This document shows, in pieces, positions 1 to 6,619 of a stretch of 7,996 nt of DNA (the stretch's first letter is position 1; each line of letters begins with the position of its first letter). The translations under genes were made by a program, and so were the position numbers. The stretch comes from a virus (lineage: Duplodnaviria > Heunggongvirae > Uroviricota > Caudoviricetes): positions 1-7,996 of IMG/VR virus record IMGVR_UViG_2609459791_000005; one strand, written 5' to 3'. The notes beneath the pieces are model-generated. The model did no database searches. It was not told the DNA's origin and was given only the letters and a program-made list of their open reading frames with translations.

Positions 1-222
1 ATGCAATCCATTAACTTCCGTACCGCGCGTGGCAACCTTTCTGAAGTGCTCAACAATGTTGAAGCCGGGGAAGAGGTTGAAATCACCCGCAGAGGCCGTG
101 AGCCAGCAGTAATTGTCAGCAAGGCTACTTTCGAAGCCTACAAAAAAGCGGCGCTGGATGCTGAATTTGCATCCCTGTTTGACACCCTGGACTCCACCAA
201 CAAGGAACTGGTTAACCGATAA
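1..222 (+). CDS. phd: Phd antitoxin (type II toxin-antitoxin, Phd/YefM family), P1 prevents-host-death protein
   Basis: 73-aa [76 protein letters not shown] matches my recollection of P1 Phd in sequence and length. Its stop overlaps the next ATG (TAATG at 220-224). The window begins at its start codon, so its promoter is not visible. Confidence 0.9.
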   Translation: MQSINFRTARGNLSEVLNNVEAGEEVEITRRGREPAVIVSKATFEAYKKAALDAEFASLFDTLDSTNKELVNR

Positions 223-602
223 TGAGGCATATATCACCGGAAGAACTTATTGCGCTTCATGATGCGAATATAAACCGCTACGGCGGCCTGCCGGGCATGT
301 CAGATCCGGGTAGGGCAGAGGCCATTATCGGGAGAGTTCAGGCCAGAGTTGCCTACGAAGAGATCACCGACCTTTTCGAAGTCTCCGCCACCTACCTGGT
401 GGCTACGGCGAGAGGGCATATATTCAATGATGCCAATAAGCGTACCGCGCTAAACAGTGCGCTGTTATTTCTACGCCGTAACGGGGTGCAGGTATTTGAT
501 TCACCTGAACTGGCAGACCTTACTGTAGGCGCTGCGACTGGCGAGATATCTGTATCTTCTGTCGCCGACACGTTACGTAGATTGTATGGTTCTGCGGAGT
601 AG
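222..602 (+). CDS. doc: Doc toxin (Fic-fold kinase, death on curing)
   Basis: 126-aa ORF directly coupled to phd. It contains the Fic-type motif HIFNDANKR (about 417-443). Sequence and length match recalled P1 Doc. Confidence 0.9.
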   Translation: MRHISPEELIALHDANINRYGGLPGMSDPGRAEAIIGRVQARVAYEEITDLFEVSATYLVATARGHIFNDANKRTALNSALLFLRRNGVQVFDSPELADLTVGAATGEISVSSVADTLRRLYGSAE

Positions 603-606
603 ATTA

Positions 607-786
607 ATGGCACGCAAATACAACAAATTGTCCCGTGAAGCGTTAAAGATGCTTCTTGATGGCGTGAGTCGCCGCGAGGTAAAGCAATACCTGGTTGGTA
701 AGCAAATTGGAGCCAGGACTGCTATTGCTGTGTTATGCCGTCAGGAAATGGTTGTGCTTAAACAGAGAATGCCGGGCAGCAGATAA
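607..786 (+). CDS. small hypothetical protein with helix-turn-helix-like segment; possibly the first P1 post-doc gene by synteny
   Basis: ATG at 607 lies 7 nt after a GGAG (596-599) and just past the doc stop. The ORF track gives an in-frame upstream ATG at 586 that would overlap doc. The segment SREALKMLLDGVSRREVKQYL looks like an HTH. No family recognised from memory. Confidence 0.4.
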   Translation: MARKYNKLSREALKMLLDGVSRREVKQYLVGKQIGARTAIAVLCRQEMVVLKQRMPGSR

Positions 787-813
787 AGCCCAATCAGTGA
801 TGAAAGGTGTGAT

Positions 814-1857
814 GTGAAAGCCGTAATTACTCCCTTTGTACAAAAAGAGCTTGGCGTCGCCACATTCAAAGTGGATCAGGAAGTCAGAAAGCTGGTGGAG
901 GCTGGCCGTAAATTTATTATGGAGCCGGTGCCGCGTGAGTTAATCGAGCACATGGACGACGGCCTCGTTGTTTCCGAGCAAACTATGGCAACAAATGAGG
1001 CGTTGCAGCCGTTTTTTAACAGCGATGAACTGTTTCGCCGTATTGGTGGAATTGACGCGCTGGTGGCGTGGTTGCGCAGGAAAGAGGGGCAATGCCAGGC
1101 CGCAGATCGTAGCTGCTGTGACAACCATATTGTCCACGCAGAACGAGACAATAGCGCGGTGTTGTTGTGCTGGCATCACGATAACCATTACCGGATGCGT
1201 GGTTTTAATGAGCTGAAAGAAACGCTGCATAATAATCGCGTTAACTGGATACTGGATGTCGCCCGTCAGGAAATGGGGCTTTCAGATGGCCATGATTTAA
1301 GTATTCAGGAACTGTGCTGGTGGGCTTTCATGCGCAACATGATGCACCTGATGCCGGAAGAAGTTTGCCGTATATCAATAAATAAGATGAAAGCCGCAAC
1401 GCAGGATAGCGGACCTCTGAAAGAGGCGGATATTCGCCCGTATGACGATCGCGCTACAGCATATGTTCAGATGATGGAAGAACGCGCCGCGCCGATGCGT
1501 GCAAAAGTATGCCCTGTGGATGTTGACTCCGACCCTGGCATGGCGCATTTCAAAATACCAAAACTGCAATCGCTAAAATTACCTGAGTACATGGACTTTG
1601 TTGCTTCCCGTCCATGCTGTGGGTGTGGAGCGGCGGGAGCTGGCGCTCACATTACGCCTTATATCGTTCGTCATAGTCGATTATGCGCGCATGACATTTA
1701 CGCAATTCCTCTGTGCCAGTCATGCCAGCGTGATATTGAGCGTGACCGCGATAATTGGGAGAAGACGCACGGTAGGCTGGCGATGCATCAACGATTGTTC
1801 TTTGATTACGCGCTTGGAGTCGGCGCTATCACAAGTCACTCGTCGAGCGTTAGATAA
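814..1857 (+). CDS. Cys/His-rich protein with two HNH-like / DUF968-like zinc-motif units; possibly P1 PdcB by synteny
   Basis: 347-aa ORF with GTG start at 814 preceded by AAAGGTG. Motif units are [25 protein letters not shown] and [38 protein letters not shown]. Three Chi octamers lie inside the gene. The name is from recalled P1 gene order, not a search. Confidence 0.6.
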   Translation: MKAVITPFVQKELGVATFKVDQEVRKLVEAGRKFIMEPVPRELIEHMDDGLVVSEQTMATNEALQPFFNSDELFRRIGGIDALVAWLRRKEGQCQAADRSCCDNHIVHAERDNSAVLLCWHHDNHYRMRGFNELKETLHNNRVNWILDVARQEMGLSDGHDLSIQELCWWAFMRNMMHLMPEEVCRISINKMKAATQDSGPLKEADIRPYDDRATAYVQMMEERAAPMRAKVCPVDVDSDPGMAHFKIPKLQSLKLPEYMDFVASRPCCGCGAAGAGAHITPYIVRHSRLCAHDIYAIPLCQSCQRDIERDRDNWEKTHGRLAMHQRLFFDYALGVGAITSHSSSVR

Positions 1858-1858
1858 A

Positions 1859-1875
1859 ATTGCTCTAATGTATTG
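1859..1875 (+). promoter_or_regulatory. C1 repressor operator-like site upstream of lpa
   Basis: ATTGCTCTAATGTATTG matches 14 of 17 positions of the P1 C1 operator consensus ATTGCTCTAATAAATTT as I recall it. It overlaps the -35 of the candidate promoter below. Confidence 0.55.
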
Positions 1876-1903
1876 CTATTTCTTTAATCGAGGGTGTTAT
1901 ATT
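1873..1903 (+). promoter_or_regulatory. candidate sigma70 promoter for lpa (-35 TTGCTA, extended -10 TGtTATATT)
   Basis: -35-like TTGCTA at 1873-1878 and TG at 1895-1896 followed by TATATT at 1898-1903. The spacer is long (about 19 nt), so the exact elements are uncertain. Confidence 0.35.
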
Positions 1904-1945
1904 CCACGTTGATTAGTTGACATGGGCTAATCAGTAGGTGACAGG

Positions 1946-2398
1946 ATGTTACTTAACTGGCAGGGACGCCACTTCATGGAAATAAATCACTCACGAATAA
2001 CATCGTACGAGATTGCGGATTACATGATCCGCACTAAATCTCTTCTATCAGCGAAAGAACTCGCAGCAATTCTTGAAAAGGAATACCCGCATCTGGATGT
2101 CGATAAGCGCGATGTTTATCTGCGCTTAAAGGCTATCGCTGTGTCTAAGTATTCGTCTGTTTTGATTGATGACAGTACACGCCCACGTAGATTTCAGATC
2201 CACTCTCTGAATCCTGAATTCTTTCGCCGTAGCCGCGCTCCGCGCCGGTTTGATGAAAAACTCCAGAACGAACTCTATATGACGCAGGACGAAAAGGAAC
2301 GCCGGGAGCACCAGCCTTGGGTAATGGCGCGTCAACTTTTCAATAAGGTGGCCCGTCAGCACCGTCATTACGGTAATGCCACATCCGCACGTATCTGA
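1946..2398 (+). CDS. lpa: late promoter activator Lpa (P1 gene 10) candidate
   Basis: 150-aa ORF immediately upstream of pacA, preceded by AGGTG (1936-1940) 5 nt before the ATG and by a C1 operator-like site. Assignment is by position and known P1 gene order (gene 10 next to the pac operon); the protein sequence itself is not recalled. Confidence 0.6.
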   Translation: MLLNWQGRHFMEINHSRITSYEIADYMIRTKSLLSAKELAAILEKEYPHLDVDKRDVYLRLKAIAVSKYSSVLIDDSTRPRRFQIHSLNPEFFRRSRAPRRFDEKLQNELYMTQDEKERREHQPWVMARQLFNKVARQHRHYGNATSARI

Positions 2399-2408
2399 TT
2401 GATTGCTT

Positions 2409-2428
2409 GCCCGTTCCGGGCCTTTTGA
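2409..2428 (+). terminator. weak candidate intrinsic terminator after lpa
   Basis: GCCCG-TTC-CGGGC hairpin (2409-2421) followed by CTTTT. The stem is short, hence low confidence. Confidence 0.25.
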
Positions 2429-2458
2429 CATGTGACTTTCGTTACCCTCGCGTCAAAA
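2423..2458 (+). promoter_or_regulatory. candidate late-promoter / regulatory element upstream of pacA
   Basis: Near-palindromic TTGACATGTGAC (2425-2436) plus a flanking inverted repeat TTTTGAC(2423-2429)...GTCAAAA(2452-2458), about 50 bp upstream of the pacA start. The pac operon is known to be Lpa-dependent, but I cannot recall the late-promoter consensus with confidence. Confidence 0.25.
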
Positions 2459-2483
2459 AGAGTTTTTACGAAAGGAAGCATAA

Positions 2484-3677
2484 GTGACCTGGGACGATCA
2501 CAAGAAGAATTTTGCTCGCCTGGCGCGAGATGGTGGTTACACCATCGCACAGTATGCCGCCGAGTTTAATCTTAACCCTAATACTGCACGTCGTTATCTC
2601 CGTGCCTTCAAAGAAGACACCAGGACAGCGGACAGCCGCAAGCCAAATAAGCCAGTCAGGAAGCCACTAAAAAGCATGATCATTGATCACTCTAATGATC
2701 AACATGCAGGTGATCACATTGCGGCTGAAATAGCGGAAAAACAAAGGGTTAATGCCGTTGTCAGTGCCGCAGTCGAGAATGCGAAGCGCCAAAATAAGCG
2801 CATAAATGATCGTTCTGATGATCATGACGTGATCACCCGCGCCCACCGGACCTTACGTGATCGCCTGGAACGCGACACCCTGGATGATGATGGTGAACGC
2901 TTTGAATTCGAAGCTGGCGATTACCTGATAGATAACGTTGAAGCGCGGAAGGCCGCGCGCGCTATGTTGCGTCGGTCCGGGGCCGATGTTCTGGAAACCA
3001 CTCTTCTTGAAAAGTCTCTTTCTCATCTCCTTATGCTGGAGAACGCCAGGGATACGTGTATTCGCCTGGTGCAGGAAATGCGCGATCAGCAAAAAGACGA
3101 TGATGAAGGTACTCCGCCTGAATACCGTATCGCGAGCATGCTAAACAGCTGTTCCGCGCAGATAAGCAGCCTGATCAACACCATTTACAGCATCCGGAAT
3201 AACTATCGAAAAGAAAGCCTGGAGGCGGAAAAGCACGCTTTGTCTATGGGGCAAGCTGGCATTGTTAAGCTGGCATACGAACGAAAGCGTGAAAATAACT
3301 GGTCAGTGCTGGAAGCAGCTGAATTCATCGAGGCGCATGGCGGGAAAGTGCCGCCCCTGATGCTGGAGCAAATCAAAGCCGATCTGCGTGCTCTTAAGAC
3401 CAATACCGATGATGAGGAAAGGCAAACAGCCGTTGGTGGCCCTTCTCTTGAAGATCTGGACAAAGTTGCGCGAGAACGGGCCGCCAACCGCCGCGCCGAT
3501 GCCGCATTGTGGATTGAGCAGCGTAGGGAAGAAATCGCCGATATCGTTGATACAGGCGGTTATGGAGATGTTGATACTGAAGGTGTATCAAACGACCCAT
3601 GGCTGGAACAAGACCTGGACGAAGACGAGGAGGAAGACGAAGAAGTTACCCGCAAGCTATACGGGGATGATGATTAA
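2484..3677 (+). CDS. pacA: terminase small subunit / pac-recognition protein PacA
   Basis: 397-aa ORF with GTG start 5 nt after AAAGGAAG. N-terminus [42 protein letters not shown] is HTH-like, and the C-terminal tail is acidic ([13 protein letters not shown]). The pac hexamer clusters lie inside the gene. Length matches recalled P1 PacA. Confidence 0.9.
   Translation: MTWDDHKKNFARLARDGGYTIAQYAAEFNLNPNTARRYLRAFKEDTRTADSRKPNKPVRKPLKSMIIDHSNDQHAGDHIAAEIAEKQRVNAVVSAAVENAKRQNKRINDRSDDHDVITRAHRTLRDRLERDTLDDDGERFEFEAGDYLIDNVEARKAARAMLRRSGADVLETTLLEKSLSHLLMLENARDTCIRLVQEMRDQQKDDDEGTPPEYRIASMLNSCSAQISSLINTIYSIRNNYRKESLEAEKHALSMGQAGIVKLAYERKRENNWSVLEAAEFIEAHGGKVPPLMLEQIKADLRALKTNTDDEERQTAVGGPSLEDLDKVARERAANRRADAALWIEQRREEIADIVDTGGYGDVDTEGVSNDPWLEQDLDEDEEEDEEVTRKLYGDDD
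2677..2835 (+). other. P1-type pac packaging site: four TGATCA hexamers, spacer, then three TGATC(A/G) hexamers, each carrying a Dam GATC
   Basis: TGATCA at 2677-2682, 2684-2689, 2696-2701 and 2711-2716. TGATCG at 2807-2812, TGATCA at 2819-2824 and 2830-2835. This matches the published P1 pac architecture of 4+3 hexanucleotide elements flanking the cleavage region. Confidence 0.85.
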
Positions 3678-4531
3678 TGGCCAGAAGTTGCGTAACGGAT
3701 CCACGTTGGCGCGAGCTGGTGGCGCTATATCGTTATGACTGGATTGCGGCCGCTGATGTTTTGTTCGGCAAAACACCTACCTGGCAGCAGGATCTGATTA
3801 TTGAGTCTGTGCAGGAACAGGGTAGCAAGACATCTGTTTCGTCTGGTCACGGTACCGGGAAATCAGACATGACTTCTATCATGATCATGTTGTTCATAAT
3901 CATGTATCCCGGTGCCCGAGCCATTATCGTTGCGAACAAAATTCAGCAGGTAATGACCGGTATATTCAAGTACATCAAGATAAACTGGGCTACTGCCACC
4001 AGCCGTTTCCCATGGCTTGCTGATTATTTTGTTCTGACAGAAACCGCTTTCTATGAGGTTACTGGTAAAGGTGTATGGACTGTAGTACCGAAGGGCTTTC
4101 GTCTGGGAAGTGAAGAAGCTCTCGCCGGTGAACACGCAGATCATCTTCTGTATATTATCGATGAAGCCTCCGGTGTCAGTGATAGAGCTTTCGGTATCAT
4201 CACCGGTGCTCTTACCGGACAGGATAACCGCATCTTATTACTGTCACAGCCTACACGCCCAAGCCAACGTCTAAGGAGGCTGCCAATATGGCTACTATCC
4301 CTACCCCAACTCATCCTGAATTTATCTGCCGCTTTTACTCCTGCCAAAAACGTCACTATCACTTCGTTATTGCACCAACAGAAGATGAGGCCCGCTCTCA
4401 GCTTCCTGACGCCCCATGTATTTTCTCTGCCCGTTTTTCCACTGATTCACGCAATTCTCTCAGTTACTGGTGCCTCCCTGTTAACGCTTCTGCTCAGGAG
4501 GGACTATGAGAACGTCATTAGTCACCCGTGA
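3677..4531 (+). CDS. pacB: terminase large subunit PacB, N-terminal ATPase portion only (truncated; 3' tail of the ORF is not protein-like)
   Basis: Start overlaps the pacA stop (TAATG at 3675-3679). Walker A GHGTGKS at about 3845-3865 and Walker [10 protein letters not shown] at about 4145-4171. Terminase-like sequence runs to QPTRPS (about 4264); the frame then reads a Leu/Ser/Pro-rich string to the stop at 4531. Confidence 0.6.
   Translation: MARSCVTDPRWRELVALYRYDWIAAADVLFGKTPTWQQDLIIESVQEQGSKTSVSSGHGTGKSDMTSIMIMLFIIMYPGARAIIVANKIQQVMTGIFKYIKINWATATSRFPWLADYFVLTETAFYEVTGKGVWTVVPKGFRLGSEEALAGEHADHLLYIIDEASGVSDRAFGIITGALTGQDNRILLLSQPTRPSQRLRRLPIWLLSLPQLILNLSAAFTPAKNVTITSLLHQQKMRPALSFLTPHVFSLPVFPLIHAILSVTGASLLTLLLRRDYENVISHP
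4288..4509 (+). CDS. icd: Icd-like small protein (host cell-division inhibitor family of immI-type antirepressor operons)
   Basis: 73-aa ORF preceded by TAAGGAGG (4270-4277). Its stop overlaps the next ATG as ATGA (4506-4509). The segment [28 protein letters not shown] resembles Icd-like proteins; length matches recalled P1 Icd (73 aa). Confidence 0.5.
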   Translation: MATIPTPTHPEFICRFYSCQKRHYHFVIAPTEDEARSQLPDAPCIFSARFSTDSRNSLSYWCLPVNASAQEGL

Positions 4532-5624
4532 AGAGATGATCGAGGCAATTGAACAGCACATTGCCTGTATCAGTACCAGGGATATACCAGGCGTTATTGC
4601 CAACTACTTCATGATCACCAAACAACTTTACCGGAGAAAGGACAAGAACTCGGTTCACCGTATCCTGTTGTCTGATATCCGCGAATACCTGCTCGAACAG
4701 GGTCATCTGAATTACGCAACCGTCGCAGCCGAAGCACGCAAGGAGGCACACAGAATGAAAGCAACTAACGTTAAATCAGAAAAAATTCATGCACCTTCAG
4801 TTCAGGAATCGGAGCTGGTGGTTGTTCAGAATCAGTCTGATGAAATTCCCGTTCTGGAATGGCAGGGAGCGCGTGTAGTGACAACCGAGACTCTTGCTAG
4901 AGGGTATGGGACAGAAACAATCCGTATTCGCCAAAATCATCATGAGAACAAAGTACGCTTTGTTGAAGGGAAGCACTTTTTCAAAGTTGAAGGAGAATCA
5001 TTGCGCGAGTTGAAGCACAGAGTAGCTTTAAACTACTCTGTAAAAATTGCTCGCAATGTTCGCTCACTCACCCTCTGGACAGAACGCGGCGCAGCCCGCC
5101 ACGCTAAAATGCTCGAAACCGATCAGGCATGGGCATTCTTTGAAAAACTGGAAGACAGCTACTTCCGACAAAAAGAACAGCAACCGGTCGCAATCCCCCA
5201 GACGATTCCAGAAGCTCTGCGCCTGGCTGCCGAGTTAGCTGAACAAAAGCAACTTCTGGAACAGAAAGCCCACCAGCTAAATCAGCAGCTGGTGGCCGCC
5301 GCTTCTAAAGTCGATTTTGCCGACCGGGTATCAGTAGCTAAAGGGATCCTGATTGGGAATTTTGCAAAGGTCGTTGGACTTAAACAAAATGCGCTGTTTG
5401 CCTGGTTACGGGAGAACGGCATTCTGATAGCGTCCGGAGGCCGTAAAAATGTACCGTTCCAGCAGTACATCAACGCGGGGTATTTCACGGTGAAAGAAGT
5501 GGTGCTGGATGATGAAGATGGCTACCAGATACGGTTGACGCCTCAATTAACGGGTAAAGGCCAGCAGTGGTTGACGCGTAAACTGCTCGATGCTGGTTTG
5601 TTAAAACCGGTGGCGGCTGAATAA
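4506..5624 (+). CDS. ant: phage antirepressor Ant (ORF6N-like domain plus KilAC-like C-terminal domain); nested in-frame second start at 4755 (Ant2-like)
   Basis: 372-aa ORF with AGGAGG at 4495-4500. ORF6N-like stretch [47 protein letters not shown] and KilAC-like stretch [58 protein letters not shown]. An internal in-frame ATG at 4755 follows AGGAGG at 4741-4746. Confidence 0.7.
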   Translation: MRTSLVTREEMIEAIEQHIACISTRDIPGVIANYFMITKQLYRRKDKNSVHRILLSDIREYLLEQGHLNYATVAAEARKEAHRMKATNVKSEKIHAPSVQESELVVVQNQSDEIPVLEWQGARVVTTETLARGYGTETIRIRQNHHENKVRFVEGKHFFKVEGESLRELKHRVALNYSVKIARNVRSLTLWTERGAARHAKMLETDQAWAFFEKLEDSYFRQKEQQPVAIPQTIPEALRLAAELAEQKQLLEQKAHQLNQQLVAAASKVDFADRVSVAKGILIGNFAKVVGLKQNALFAWLRENGILIASGGRKNVPFQQYINAGYFTVKEVVLDDEDGYQIRLTPQLTGKGQQWLTRKLLDAGLLKPVAAE

Positions 5625-5631
5625 TGGAAGA

Positions 5632-5661
5632 ATGCCCGGTTGATGCCGGGCATAATTTATT
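5632..5661. terminator. bidirectional intrinsic terminator between convergent ant and c1
   Basis: Perfect 8-bp stem ATGCCCGG / CCGGGCAT (5632-5639 and 5646-5653) with 6-nt loop, T-rich on both flanks. It sits 8 nt after the ant stop and directly after the c1 stop. Confidence 0.6.
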
Positions 5662-6508
5662 GCGCGCTTTCGGGGTTGTCGTTTACTGGCTGCCCCTTCT
5701 TGGTTTTACGGCTGCGCGTAACTGATGCGGCTGACTTAACCTTTTTCTCTTCGCGAGTGATGGCAATTTGTTTTTTTACATTTTCAATATCTGCCAGGCG
5801 ATATATTTTTGCTTGCGGCCAGCGGCCGCAGATGATCGGTTCTATGGAGTCATAAAGGCTAAATTTTGCTTTTTCGAATTCACCGTTGATGATAATTCCA
5901 TCACGGAGAGTTTCATCGCAGATAAACACGCCACACAGTGGCACATGGTAACTAACTGATTTACCATCATTGTAGTTAGGGCTACTGGAAATGTAGTGGA
6001 CGCGCAGCATTGTTTCGCTAAAGCCGTGTACGCGCATACGGAATTTTTCATCCTCCGGGTACTGCTTCATTAGCTCTTTTGTTGCTTCCAGGTTCTCTAT
6101 GTATTTCGCACTGTGCTCATTGATCCCCGCGCTTTTTTGGATGCGAATGTCCTTATCAATCAGATGAATAATGCGGCCAGCGGTCATGTTGACGCTGTTC
6201 ACAGCTTCTGTCTGATAAGTTGTAACCTTACGCACACCGCGAAGGATGTTAGGCACTGGATATAAAATAGTCTTTGGGATATTGAGGTCTGGGTACTGTT
6301 CCAGTTCCCGCGCCATTAAAGTCCATTTATCAATTTCAGCCTGAATGCTGTCAGTTTCTTTGAACGGTAGAACGACAACCGGGCGTACAGGACGACCGTC
6401 GCTGGCTGTATCAACGTGTTGGGCGCGTGCAACAGCTTTTTTTAGAAAGAGATCCCTGAAGCTGACGAACTCCTGGTACAGTTGTTCGCCGTAGACATAA
6501 TTTATCAT
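5657..6508 (-). CDS. c1: C1 master repressor of lysogeny (immC)
   Basis: 283-aa ORF MINYVYGEQLYQEFVSFRDLFLKK... matches recalled P1 C1 in sequence and length. Strong SD GGAGGAGG precedes the ATG on the minus strand. Confidence 0.9.
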   Translation of the reverse strand: MINYVYGEQLYQEFVSFRDLFLKKAVARAQHVDTASDGRPVRPVVVLPFKETDSIQAEIDKWTLMARELEQYPDLNIPKTILYPVPNILRGVRKVTTYQTEAVNSVNMTAGRIIHLIDKDIRIQKSAGINEHSAKYIENLEATKELMKQYPEDEKFRMRVHGFSETMLRVHYISSSPNYNDGKSVSYHVPLCGVFICDETLRDGIIINGEFEKAKFSLYDSIEPIICGRWPQAKIYRLADIENVKKQIAITREEKKVKSAASVTRSRKTKKGQPVNDNPESAQ

Positions 6509-6602
6509 TGATCCTCCTCCAGAATTGACATGGTCAATAACGCCCGGCTGAGAAAACCGGTCATTACTGACCTATATTATAGAGGGATCAAACGAAAATA
6601 AT

Positions 6603-6619
6603 AGATTTATTAGTGCATT
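6603..6619 (-). promoter_or_regulatory. C1 operator-like site (Op99e-like) overlapping the c1 promoter, between coi and c1
   Basis: Minus strand reads AATGCACTAATAAATCT, 14 of 17 matches to ATTGCTCTAATAAATTT. A TATAAT hexamer lies downstream on the minus strand at plus coordinates 6576-6581, consistent with an autoregulated promoter. Confidence 0.5.

Noticed and set aside
876-1230. Minus-strand ORFs 876-1151 and 940-1230 and plus-strand ORF 968-1216 inside the 347-aa gene
   Set aside because: They overlap a longer, better-supported ORF, have no start-site signals and show biased low-complexity composition; typical shadow ORFs.
1598-1912. 104-aa plus-strand ORF overlapping the 3' end of the 347-aa gene and the lpa operator/promoter
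   Set aside because: Out of frame with the upstream gene, runs through the regulatory region and has no SD; likely spurious.
2126-2550. Minus-strand ORFs 2126-2431 and 2368-2550 antisense to lpa and the pacA start
   Set aside because: Antisense to well-supported genes, no RBS and non-protein-like composition.
2677-2835. Hexamer clusters as a CRISPR array or generic tandem repeat
   Set aside because: The units are 6 bp, irregularly spaced and embedded in coding sequence. The arrangement matches the pac site, not CRISPR repeat-spacer periodicity.
2853-3738. Five overlapping ORFs inside pacA (2853-3092, 2938-3144, 3203-3487, 3388-3738, 3394-3600)
   Set aside because: All are nested within the 397-aa PacA reading frame region on alternative frames or strands; none has independent support.
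3863-4362. Minus-strand ORFs 3863-4144 and 4141-4362 opposite the pacB ATPase region
   Set aside because: Antisense shadow ORFs of a conserved ATPase-coding segment.
4266-4531. 3' tail of the 3677-4531 ORF as genuine PacB coding sequence
   Set aside because: The translation is a low-complexity Leu/Ser/Pro-rich string with no terminase motifs, and it overlaps the SD and coding region of the icd-like gene in another frame. It reads as out-of-frame read-through past a recombination junction.
5046-5062. ATTGCTCGCAATGTTCG as a C1 operator inside ant
   Set aside because: Only about 10 of 17 consensus positions match, and it lies within coding sequence. Too weak to call without a binding test.
4518-5488. 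ORFs 4518-4751 (minus), 5047-5238 (plus) and 5282-5488 (minus) within ant
   Set aside because: Nested in or antisense to the antirepressor gene; no start signals.
5640-6051. ORFs 5640-5855 and 5768-5959 (plus) and 5842-6051 (minus) inside c1
   Set aside because: Overlap the well-supported C1 repressor gene; likely non-coding.
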